Source: the human T2T-CHM13v2.0 reference genome, Homo sapiens. From it: 64,000 nt of DNA. Under the pieces are notes generated by a model. That model did not search any database. It had not been told where the DNA came from and saw only the letters and a program-made list of their open reading frames with translations. The position numbers and the translations under genes are program-made. Shown piece after piece: positions 14,105-28,114 of the stretch (position 1 is the stretch's first letter; each line of letters opens with the position of its first letter). The stretch lies in the NCBI RefSeq assembly GCF_009914755.1, contig NC_060934.1, one strand, 5' to 3'.

Positions 14105-14760
14105 TTTAATTTTTAATTTTAATTTTTGTGGGTACATAGTAGGTGTATATATTTATGGGGTACATAAGATGTTTTGATACAGGCATGTAATGCATTATAA
14201 TCACATCATGTAAAATAGGGCATCCATCCCCTCAAGTATATATCCTTTATGTTACAAACAATCCAATTATACTCTTTTAGTTATTTTTAAATGTACAATT
14301 AAATTATTATTGACTATAATCACCCTGTTGTGGTATCAAATACTAGGTCTTATTCATTCTTTCTAACTAACTTTTTGTACCTATTAACCATCCTCACCTC
14401 CCCTGCCACCCTCCTACTATCCTTCCCAACCTCTGGTAACCGTTCTCTTGCTCTCTATCTTCATGAGTTCAGTTGTTTTGATTTTTAGATCTCACAAATA
14501 AGTGAGAACATGTGATGTTTGTCTTTCTGTGCCTGGTTTATTTCACTTAACATAATAACCTCCAGTCCCAACCATGTTTTGCAAATGACAGGATCTCATT
14601 CTTTTTTATGGCTGAATAGTACTCCATTGTGTATAAGTACCACATTTTCTTTATCCATTCATCTGTTGATGGACACTTAGGCTGCTTCCAAATCTTAGCT
14701 ATTGTAAACAGTGCTGCAATAAAAATAAGAGTACAGATATCTCTTCAACATACTGATTTC
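14105..14760 (-). mobile_element. L1MA-type 3' end
   Basis: gggtacatagtaggtgtatatatttatgggg..tttttagatctcacaaataagtgagaacatg. Confidence 0.85.
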
Positions 14761-14959
14761 CTACAAAAGTTCTTTTTAAAATCAGCTTCTCAAAGCCAAT
14801 CCAGCCTTTTAGGTAAATACGTAACTGAGTTTATTTTTTTAAAGGCACATTATATATTTGATAGATCACTTGAATCTTGTCTAGACATACAGACTGCCTT
14901 AGACAAGTGATGTTTCCTTATTCAACAGACTAGAATTTGTGTTATTTGGCAAGTTTGCA

Positions 14960-14985
14960 ACACACACACACACACACACACACAC
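14960..14985. repeat. (CA)n microsatellite
   Basis: About 12-13 CA units. Confidence 0.95.
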
Positions 14986-15030
14986 CGCAGTGAGACTATA
15001 ACTATGACCCAAATCTGTGTTACTTTAACA

Positions 15031-15646
15031 CAGAATTCCTCAACCCCAGCACTATTGAGTTTTTGGGGCCAGAAAAAAACTTTGGGTTAAGATTTTTTGT
15101 CTTTTTCTTTTCTTTGACACAGAGTCTTGCTCTGTTGCCCAGGCTGGAGTCCAGTGGCATGGTCACAGCTCACTGCAGTCTTGACCTCCCAGGATAAAGT
15201 GATCCTCTCACCTCAACCTCCTGAGTAGCTGAGACTACAGGCATGTGCCACCACACCCAGCTAATTTTTGTCTTTTTTATTTATTTATTTATTTATTTAT
15301 TTTTGTATTTTTTGTAGAGACCAGGTTTCACCATGTCGGCCAGGCTACTCTCAAAGCCCTGGGGCTCAGGTGATCTTCCTGCCTCAGCCTCCCAAAGCAC
15401 GGGGGGGTGGGGCAATTACCGGTGTGAGCCACTGCACCCAGCCAAGACCTTTAGTCTTAACAAGTAATTCTGTGTTGTGGGGGTTATCTTTTGCATTGCA
15501 AGATGTTCTCACATCCCTGGCCTCTACATGGTAGATACCAATAGCACTCACTTCCCCTTTTAAACACAATATAACAACCAAAAATGTGTCTAAAGATTGC
15601 CAAATGTCCCCTCTAGGGTAAAACTGCCCCTAGTTGAAAACCACTG
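15031..15646 (-). mobile_element. MER20-like hAT MITE interrupted by an AluJ (about 15100-15446, -)
   Basis: Two MER20 halves (ctcaaccccagcactattga / gccaaatgtcccct..gttgaaaaccactg) flank an Alu whose linker carries (TTTA)n. Confidence 0.8.
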
Positions 15647-16639
15647 CACCAGCAAAAAGCTTCCATTTCTCTTGGAATATCAGAACGTAAGGATGTACTA
15701 AGCTTACAAAGCAAGCATCTATTATGAAGCTAAATCTGAACTTCAATGGCTTAAACTTCTGCTGAAGCAGTGGTGCTAGACTATCGTCTACAGCTTTTAC
15801 TTTACGGATTCAGTAATTCCTTCCCAATCTCAAGTTCCTCTTTTAAAAATTTCATTAAAAGAAAACTTAATTCTGTTTAACTCTTCAGAAACTGAAGAAA
15901 AAAAGAACTGGATTCCCCTAATAAGAGTTGCAAATCCTTCTTGTTGAGGATAGTAAGAAAAAGAGAAAACAGGTTTGGTACAAGAGGGGCAAAGTGAAAG
16001 TTAAATCGGGAGTGGATGTTTTTAGACATGCCTGCATCTTGCCAAAGATGAGACCATGTACATTTTGGCCTTAATTATGTATGCTTTTGTCTCTGTGAAA
16101 AGGAAGACATTTTAGTCAGTGAAATATTTATTATGTAACTATTAAGGGCCAGAAACTGTTCTAGGGTCTTTCTGCAAAAAGAATGAGAATGTTTGCTCCA
16201 AATATAAAAAAATAAACAACTATAAGATACACAGATCAATGATGGAAACCATTGCTCTTTAGTCTCCTACAAACTCTTTGCTAAAGCAAAGTAGCAAAAT
16301 TGTGTCTTTCTTAAATCAAATCGTACCAAAAATTATAACCTCACAATAAGAATACTTTCCAAAATCATCACAAAACTTGATTCAATGATTATTTAGTTAT
16401 TTACTAGTTGCTAGGCAATGTGGCAAATGTGTAAGTTTCACTGCATAGATTCACTCATAAAGGAACTCACAAACTTTTGAGAGAAGTTTGATTTACAGCA
16501 GCCTACACTCCAGCCATATTAAAGTATTTGTACTTCCTGGACTTGCACCTATATTTCATATCTCTGCACTTCTACACAGAGATATGAATACTAATCACTC
16601 TATACATAGAATTACATTTCCCCTCTTATCTGTTCTATC

Positions 16640-17196
16640 TTAGATAAAAATGCAGCAGGACTAGTTTCCAAGACAACAGGTCACAAGACATCACTGGTAA
16701 AACAAGAGACAGTGAAGGAAACTGGCCAAAACCAGCTAGAACCAAAATGGCAATGAAAGCCATCTCCAGTTACCTTCACTGCTCATTATATGCTAATTAT
16801 AATGCATTAGCATGCTAAAAAACACTCCTTCCAGTGCCATGACAAATGTCATGGCAATGCCCAAAAGTTAACTCTGTATGGTCTGGATAGGGGAGAAAAC
16901 CACCGTTCTGGGAGCTCCCTGCTCCTTTCCCAGAAAACTCATGCATAATCCACCCCTTAGTAAGCATATGTAATCAAGAAATAACCACAATTATAACCAA
17001 TGACGAGCCTGGGACTGGGGGGATAGGGTGCTCTGCCTATGGAGTAGCCTTCCTTTTGTTCCTTTGTTCTTCCAATAAACTTGCTTTCATTTCTCTCTGT
17101 TGGCTCACTCTTGAATTCTTTCCTGCACAAAGCCAAAGCCAAGGACCAACTTGGCCTTCTGAGTTGAGCCCCAATTCTGCATTTCACCTTGCAACA
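16640..17196 (+). mobile_element. MER41-family (ERV1) solo LTR
   Basis: ctgctcattatatgctaattataatgcattagcatgctaa, gctctgcctatggagtagcc, aataaacttgctttca; ends in CA. Confidence 0.85.
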
Positions 17197-17932
17197 TCTC
17201 CACCTTCAAAATGTAAAGCCCTTCATGACCCTTTCCCCAAATGGAGTTGATCACGTTCCCCTTTTACCTTTCTCCATAGCTGTACATGTTTACTGAATTA
17301 TCACTACGTAAGGCAATCACTTGCTCATATGTTTCTCTCTCCTCCTATACCTAGTTTCATGAATACTTGAATGCTATCTTTAAATGTTGTAACCTTGTAA
17401 AACAGTACAACAAATTAATGTTAGATGTATGACAAAATGAATGAACAATATATGAAGTGAAGACTATTATTACATGATGAAATGCTTAACTATTACAATC
17501 TGGCTAAGATCATCCTTTTCTTTAATATCCAGATAAAATGTCTCAAGCCCTCATCATACATGCTTTCCAGGATTTTCAAAGATTCCCAGGAGCTTTACAC
17601 TCTCAGGACACCTCTCATGGAATTCTCACTCACTGTCTTCTATACTTGCCATGCTTTTCATATATGCTCACGCTATATGTCTCCACCACACCTCCTCTAC
17701 TATTCTCCATACTTGACTAAAAAAAATCCATAACATTTGTACTAAATATTAGCGATAACAGAGAAATACACAACAACACAGAATATGAAACTAATAATAT
17801 TTCATGTCAGATATCCATGTTCAGCCTATTACTTTATTATGCAGAGCAATTAGCTATCACTTTCCATCCAAGACTAGAGTCTAAGTATACCTTTGCATAA
17901 CTTAAGAGGCTCATTAAATTACACTGTAAATA

Positions 17933-18563
17933 CAGTGGGCCCTACATATTCACAGATTCCAAATCCACAGACTGAACCAACTGCAGATCAGAAACATTGG
18001 AAAAAAATTAAAAATAAAAAATAACAATACAACAATTAAAAATAATGCAAATTTTAAAAATGATATATTATAACAACTATTTACATAGCATTTACATTTT
18101 ATAGGTATAATAAGTAATCTAGAGATGATTTAAGCTCTATATGGGAGGATGTGTATAGGCTATGTGAAATTAAATAATTCAAATTTAAATCTATTGGAAC
18201 TTTATATTATTCTGAGCCTTGACAGGAATGTAGCTATGTAGCCCGAGTCACATGGCATATGCAGCTGCAACTTCTGACTTTTTTTCCTGTAAATATTAAT
18301 AATTAGGAAGGCCACATGACAACAGAGATAAGATTCCCTTAGATCTTTACCCCTCCTCATTGAGTAATAAAGTAAACTTCCTTGGAATATAGCAATCTGT
18401 AACCAAACAAATCATTGTAATTGGTCTTATATGGAAAATGCTTTAACTCTGCCAAAACTTCTCTGGCTTTGTCTATATACTTCAGGTATATGCAAATACT
18501 ATGCCATTTTATATAAAGGACTTGAGCATCCATGATTTTGGTATCCATGGAGGGTCCTGAATA
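17933..18563 (+). mobile_element. Tigger3a-like element interrupted by a MER4-group ERV1 LTR fragment (about 18163-18480)
   Basis: Tigger3 text (taacaactatttacatagcatttacatt / atgcaaatactatgccattttatata) split by tgtgaaattaaataattcaaa..ttggaacttta.. Confidence 0.7.
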
Positions 18564-18901
18564 CCAGAATGTGACTGTATTTTGAGATAAGGCCTTTAAA
18601 AAGGTAATTACATTAAAATGAGGCCATCAGGGTGGACCCTAATCCAATACGACCGCTGTCCTTATAAGAAGAGAAAATTTGAACACACAGAGTCACCAGG
18701 AATGTGTGTACACAGAGGAAAAACCATGTGAGGATACAGCTAAAAGGTGACTGTGTGCAAGCTAAGGCTTTGGAAGAAACCAAACTTGTTGACTCCTTTA
18801 TCTTAGACTCCTAGCCTCCAGAACTGTGAAGATAAAAATTTCTGCTGTTTAAGCCACCCAGTCTGAGTTCTTTTATTATGGCCATCTAGCATACTAATAC
18901 A
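18564..18901 (+). mobile_element. MLT1A/B LTR
   Basis: ccctaatccaat..ccttataagaagag..cctccagaactgtga..tgtttaagccacccagtct..actaataca. Confidence 0.85.
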
Positions 18902-18909
18902 CCTCCCCT

Positions 18910-19750
18910 AAAAAAAGGCAAAAGACTTTAACAGATACTTCACTAAAAAAAGATCTATGGAAAGCAAATAAGCACATGAAAAGATTATTAACATAGTCAT
19001 TAGGGAAGTACAAATTAAAACCACAATGAGATACCACTAAATTCTTGTAAGAGTAGCTAAAATTAAAAACATTTTTTAAAAGTCTTACTACAAAATGCCT
19101 GTGAGGATACAGAGCAACTGAAACTCTTATTCATTGCTGCTGGGAATGCAAAAAGGTACAGCCACTCTGAAAAACATTCTGGCAATTTCTTATAAAGTTA
19201 ATTATATGCTACCATATGACCTAGAAATCCTACTCCTGGATATTTATCCAAGTAAAATGAAAACTTACATTCATGTAAAAATCAGAGCATGATTATTTAT
19301 GGCAGCTTTTTTCATCATAATCAAAAATTGCAAACAACTCAAATATCCTTCAGCTAATGAATAGAAAAGCAAATTGTGACACAGCCATATATTAAACTAT
19401 TCAGCCATAAAAATAAATAAACTACTGATACAAACAACTGGATGAATCCTAAACGCATTATGCTAAGTGAAAGAAGCCACACACAAACAGCCACATTATT
19501 ACATGATTCCATTTATGTAACATTCTGAAAAAAGACAAAACTACAAGGATAGCAGACAAAGCAATCATTGCCAGATATCAGGAAGAGGAGTTAACCACAA
19601 GGGACAGAAGTGAATTTTGTGGGTGGTAGAACTGTTCCATATTTTTATTGTGGTGGTAGATACACAACTGTATGCATTTTCAAAACTCATAGACCTGTAT
19701 AAAACAAACAGTTAATTTTGCTGTATGCAAATTATACCTCAAAAAAATCT
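18910..19750 (+). mobile_element. Old L1M (MB-ME range) ORF2 end and 3'UTR
   Basis: aattaaaaccacaatgagatacc, attatgctaagtgaaagaagcc, aaattatacctcaa. Confidence 0.8.
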
Positions 19751-20477
19751 GTCATAAAAAAATTCCTACCTATGGCTTCCTCCTTCAAAAAACACAGCAT
19801 ACCTAGGAAGAAGGTAGGGAAGATGATGGGTTTAAAATACCAAATTACCAAAGACTATATCCCTATAGTACTTCAGTGAATATAAATAATTTAAATTAAA
19901 AAGCATGGATATATAGAGGTATTTAATTTTTAAGATTCCAGTCAAAAACAACAAAAAACGTTAACTTCCAATATTAGAAATAGTCACTTATCTGAAACTC
20001 TTAATTTCAAAGATTTCTGTAATTTTGATTATTCATTATCATGACTTTATATTCATTATCATGAGTTACTGAATGGTGAAAGTTCAATAAATACAGATGA
20101 AAGCAATGAATAAAAGCTTCCATTGGATTTTCAAAGATCAGAAGAAGTTTGGATTTAATCTGAATGGAGGTAAGAAATCACTATCGTTTCTTTAGAATGA
20201 GGGAACATGACAAAATATTATGTTAGGAAAATTAGTCTAGTAATCATATATGAGATTGAGTTGAAGGAAAATATTAAAGCAAAGATATAGAAGATAGCTG
20301 CAGTGATGAAGAGGGCCGGGGCCAGGATGATAGCCAGAGGATTGTAATCATTATATTCAAAATGTGTATCTTTTCCATATTTAACTGAATACCCAGAAAT
20401 GATGTCACATTTGCTACACAAAGTTCATTTGAAATTGAGGCTCAGGTGGCAACTTGGCCTATAAAATTTAAACCCGC

Positions 20478-21480
20478 GAGTGCACTTGCTCACCCAGACT
20501 GCAGCCTGAGTCGTCCCCACCCACCCTTCCTATGCAGAAACCGTGGTACAGCGCAGAAACCGTGGTACTGCTCCATGCCCAGGCAGATCTCCAGGCACTA
20601 AAGCACCTGCTCACCTGGATTGACAGCCTGAGCCATCCCATTAGTCCTGTGCAAAAATCCAGCCATCAGGGGGCACTCTCTGCTGGTTCAGCAGCCAGAG
20701 ACACCCACTGTTCTTATGCAGAGAGAGTGGTGCAGTGGGTCCCTCTCCACCCCACTCCCAGACAGATCTCCAGGCAGTCGGAGCACCCACTCCTCCAGCC
20801 TGAGCTACCCCACCCTTCCTGCACAAAGATCATGGTGCAGCAAGGCCCTTTCCAATCCATACCCAGGCATATCTCCAGGCATTGAAGCACTTGCTTGCCT
20901 GGAACAGCAGCCTGAGCTGCCCCACCCTTCCTGCAAAGAGATCGTAGTGCATCTGAGCCTTCTTTGCACCATGCCGATTAAACTTCAGATCTCCAGGTGT
21001 TTGGAGAACCCACTCACCCAGATCAACAGCCTGAGCCACCCTACACTTCCTGTGCATAGATCGTGGTATAGTGGGGCCCTATGTACTCCATACCCCTGCA
21101 TATCTCCAGGCATTCAAAGCACTTGCTCACACAGAGTTACAGCCTGAGCCACCCCACCCTCCTGTGCAGAGTTTCAGGTACAGGGGAGCGCCTCTCCACT
21201 CCACCCTCAAGCAGATCTCCAGGCATTCAGAGTACCTGCTCACCTACTCAGCATCCTGAGCCGCCTCAGCCTTGCTGTGCAGAGATTATGATGAAGTAGG
21301 GCCCTCTCTGTCCCATGCCCAGCGATACCTCCAGGCAGTCAGAGCACCTGTTAATCTGATTTAACAGCCTGAGCTGCCCAACCCTTCCTGTGCAGAGACT
21401 GTGTGGTGCAGCAGGGCCCTTTACACTCCACACCCAGGCAGATCTCAAGGAATCTAGAACACTCACTTTCCTGGACTAAG
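20478..21480 (+). repeat. Tandem array of ~113-bp GC-rich monomers in the L1 5'UTR
   Basis: ATCTCCAGG-like anchor at 20587, 20766, 20871, 20989, 21102, 21215, 21327, 21442. Confidence 0.9.
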
Positions 21481-22045
21481 AGTTTAGGCTGCTCCCTCTC
21501 TCCCTGTGCAGACAACTTGGATCCAAGGAGGTTTCCATCTCAACACCTAGGCACACCTCTCGGTGGATGCTCACTACATTCTCCCTCAGTCCAGATGTTT
21601 GTACCTGCCATCAGGAAACCTGTAGGTGGGCCTACCCCGTATGGCCCCACCCATCTTGCTCCCACCCCACCCCCGGGGGCAAAGCAGGGAGCTCAGACCA
21701 CTGTGCACTCCATGAATTAGCCCACTGCCTGAAGCAACAGAGAGCTTCTCCCAGTAAACAATGATCAAATATATACCCAGCTGCACTGACCATAGCCAGC
21801 TTGTAGGTCAAACTGCACAGCCCAATATAAAACCTGCATAGCCCAATACAAAACCTGCCAGTAAAGTGCAGCCCTATAGTGCGTAGGGCTATAACAGAAA
21901 AGCCAAAAGACTACCCATCATTGTCTACAGTCACACTTCCTAAGAAGCGGGGAAAGGGAAAGGGAGAGAAAACAATATTACAAGGAAAGAAAGCAAAGAA
22001 AATATCCTCCCTGCAAGAAAATAATTACAAAAATTAGAAGTACCA

Positions 22046-22970
22046 GTGACTACAGATGAGAAGGAACCAGCTAAAGAATTCTGGCACCTGAAAAACCTGG
22101 ATGAAGCAACACCACTAAAAGATCACACTAGCTCTCCAGCAATGATACCTAACCAAAATGGAAACATAGAAGTTACAGATAAAAAATTCAAAGCACGAAC
22201 TGCAAATAAGCTCAATGAGATGGAAGACAAAGTTGAAAATCAACACAAAGAAACTGCTAAAGCAATGCAGGACATGAGGAAAGAGATAAACATCTTAAAA
22301 ATAAATCAGTCAGAGCTTCTGGAATTGAAAACTTGCTTAAGAAATTTCAAAATACAGTTGAAAGCTTTATCAATTGCCAAGATCAACATGAAGAAAGAAT
22401 TTCAGAGCTTGAAGATAGGTCTTTTTGAATTAACTCAATCAGACAAAAATAAGAAAAAACTATTTTTAAAAATGAACAAAGTCATTGAGAATTAGGGAAT
22501 TATGTAAAGTGACCAAAACCATGAATTATCAAAATTTCTGTGAGAGGAGAAAAAGTAAACAACCTGGAAAGCATATTTGAGAGAATACTTCAAGAATATT
22601 TGCCTAATCATGCTAGAGAGCTAGACATCTCTAGCAAGATGTATAGTCCGGTGACTACTCAAGGTCAATGTTATAAAAAAAATCTTAAGGGCAGCTGGGA
22701 AAAAACATCAGATCACATAAAGGGGAATCCCATCAGGCTAACAGCAGACTTCTCAGCAGAAAATTTGTAAGCCAGGAGAGATTGGGAGCTCATTTTCAGC
22801 ATTCTAAAAAGAAATTTCAACCAAGAATTTCATATCCCACTAAATTAATCTTCATAAGTGAAAGAAAAAATAAAATCTTGTCCAGACAAGCAAGCACTAA
22901 GGGAATTCATTACCACTAGAGGAGCCTAACAAGAGATCCTTAAGGGAGTCTTAAACATGGAAATGAAAGA
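22046..22970 (+). pseudogene. Disrupted L1 ORF1 (coiled coil and RRM; GNPIRLTADFSAE motif)
   Basis: ORF track 22046-22495 and 22540-22770. Confidence 0.8.
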
Positions 22971-24667
22971 ACAATAACTGCTACCACAAAAACATACTTA
23001 AATAAATAGCTCACAGAACCCATAAAGCAATCACACAATAGAAACTACAAAACAGCCAGGTAACAACTTTGATAGGATCAAAACCTCATATATCAATATT
23101 AACCTTGAATGTAAACAGTCTAAACACCCCCACTTAAAAGGCACAAATTGGCAAGTTGAATTAAAAAAAAAAAAACAAGACCTATCGCTCACACACACAT
23201 AATGACACCCATAGGCTACCAAGTAATGAGTTGGGAAAAGATCTATCATGTAAACAGAAAACAAAAAAACGGCGGGAGTTGGTATTCTTTTATCAGATAA
23301 AACCAACTACAGTAAAAGAAGACAAAGAAGGTTATTACACAACGATAAAAGGTTTGATTCAACAAGACTTAAATATCCTAAATATATACAGACTCAACAG
23401 TAGAGCACCTAGATTTATAGAACAAGTACTTCTAGACCTACCAAAAGACTTAGCCACATAATAATAGTGAGGGACTTCAACATCGCACTGACAAAATTAG
23501 GCAGATCACTGAGGCACCAACTAAGAAATTCTGGACTTGAGATTGACACTTGACCAATTGGATTTAATATACATCTACAGAATATTCCACTCAACAGCCA
23601 GAGAATATATAATACATTCTTTTCACCTGTACATGGAACATACTCTGAGATTGACCACATGCTCAGCAATAAATCAAGTCTCAATAAGTTCAAAAAAATG
23701 AAAATCATACCAACCATACTCTCAGGGCACAGTGGAATAAAAATAGAAATTAATACCAAGGAGACCTCTCAAAACCACACAAGTATATTAAAATTAAACA
23801 ACTTGCTTCTAAATGACTTTTGGGTAAACAACAAAATTAAGGCAGAAGTAAAAAAATTATTTAATAAAAACAGAGACACAACATCCAAAATTTTGGGGAT
23901 GCAGCAAAAGCAATGTTAATTTATAATACTAAATGCCTACATCAGGAATTTAGAGAGATCTTAAATTAACCATCTAACATGACACCTAGAGGAACTGGAA
24001 AAACAGGAACAAACTAACCCCAAAGCTAGCTGAATGAAAGAAATAACCAAAATCAAAGCAGAACTAAATGAAATTGAAACCCCAAAATACATACAAAGGA
24101 TCAGTGAAACCAAAAGTTGGTTTTTTGCAAGGATAGACAAGATCAATAGACCACTAGCTAGATTAACAAAGAAAAAAAGAAAGAAGATCCAAATAAGTGC
24201 AATCCAAAATGACAAAGATGACATTACTACCAATCCCACAGAAATACAAAAGATCCTCAGAGACTATTATGAACACCTCAATGCACATAAACTAGAAAAT
24301 CTAAAGGAAATGGATAAATTTCTGGAAACAACCTACCAAGATTGAATCGGGAAGAGATTGAAACCCTGGACAGACCAATAACAAGTTCCAAAATTGAACC
24401 AGTAATACAAAGCCCACCAACCAAAAAAAAAAGCCCTGGACCAGAAGAATTTACAGTCAAAATTCCACCAGATGTACAAAGAAGAGTTTATAGCAATCCT
24501 ACTGAAACTATTCTAAAAAACTGAGGAGAAGGGATAGGACTCCTTTCTAACTCATGCTACAAAAGTAGCATCAGCCTGACACCAAAACCTGGCAAAGACA
24601 CAAAAAGATAAGAAAACTACAGGCCAATATCCCTGATGAACACAGATGTAAAAATCCGCAACACAAT

Positions 24668-25177
24668 TGCTAGGAACAGGCCTCAAGCCTGGCCATAAAC
24701 AGGCCATGAGAAACAAGCCATAAACAAAATCTCTGCAGCCCTGTGACTGCAGAGATTTCTTGCTGCTATGATGGCTTGATGGCTATGATGCCCATGCTGG
24801 AAGTTGCCGGTTTACCAGAATGAGGACAAGGAACACCTGGCCCACCCAGGGCAGAAAACTGCTCAAGGCGTTCCTAAACCACAAACAATAGCATGAGCAA
24901 TCTGTGCCTTAAGAACATGTTCCTGCTGCAGATAACAAGCCAGAGCCTGTCCCTTTGTTTCCTGTAAGGAATGCTTTTAGCTAATCTATAACCTATAGAA
25001 ACAATGCTTATCACTGGCTTATTGTCAGTAAATAGGTGGGTCAAACTCTGTTTGAGGCTCTCAGCTCTGAAGGCTGTTAGCTCCCTGATTCCCACTTTGT
25101 ACTCTATTTCTGTGTCTTTGTCTTAATTCCTCTAACGCCGCTGGGTTGGGGTCTCCATGACCAAGCTGGTCTTGGCA
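24668..25177 (+). mobile_element. MER9 (HERV-K HML-3) solo LTR inserted in the L1 ORF2
   Basis: TG..CA ends; ggccataaacaaaatctctgcag, ctctcagctctgaaggctgt, gctggtcttggca; candidate TSD ACAAT/ACGAT; L1 text resumes in register. Confidence 0.9.
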
Positions 25178-25946
25178 ACGATACTAGCAAACTGAATCCA
25201 GTAGCACATCAAAAAGTTAATTCACCATAATCATGTAAGCTTTATTCTAGGGACGCAACGTTGGTTCAACATACACAAAAAAATAAAACTAGGCCTAGTT
25301 TGTTAGGAGTTTTTTATCATGAAGCAGTGTTAGATTTTATTAAAAGGTTTTTCTGTGTCCATCAAGATGATCATATGGTTTTGGTTTTAATTCTTTTTAT
25401 GTGGTGAATCACATTTTTTTTGTACATGTTGAAGGAAGAGACCTCAAAATAATAAGAACCATCTATGATAAACCCATAGCCAACATCATACTGAATGAGC
25501 AAAAGCTGGAAGCACTCCCCTGGAGAGCTGAAACAAGACAAAGATGCCCACTCTCACTACTCATCTTCAGCATAGTACTGGAAGTTCTAGCTGCAACAAT
25601 GAGGCAAGAGAAAGAAATAAAATGCATCCACATAGGAAAAAAAGAATTCAAATGATCTCTCTTCACTGACAATATGATTCTGTATCTAGAAAACCCTAAA
25701 GACTCTATCTAAAGGCTCCTGAAACAGATAAACAACTTCAGTAAAGTGTCAGGATACAAAATCAAAGTACAAAAATCAGTAGCAGTTCTATATACCAATA
25801 ATGTTCAAGCTGAGAGTCAAATCAAGAATGCAATCACATTTACAACTGCCCCACCCCACCAAAAGAAAAGCAAAAAACATAGGTATACATCTAACCAAGG
25901 AGGTGAAAGAAAGATCTCTACAAGGAGAACTACAAAACACTGCTCA

Positions 25947-28114
<2,168 letters not shown>

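Noticed and set aside
20478-21480. CRISPR-like array or repetitive coding gene
   Set aside because: Whole units are homologous with no unique spacers, the array is contiguous with L1 ORF1, the context is eukaryotic, and the ORFs are GC-driven artefacts.
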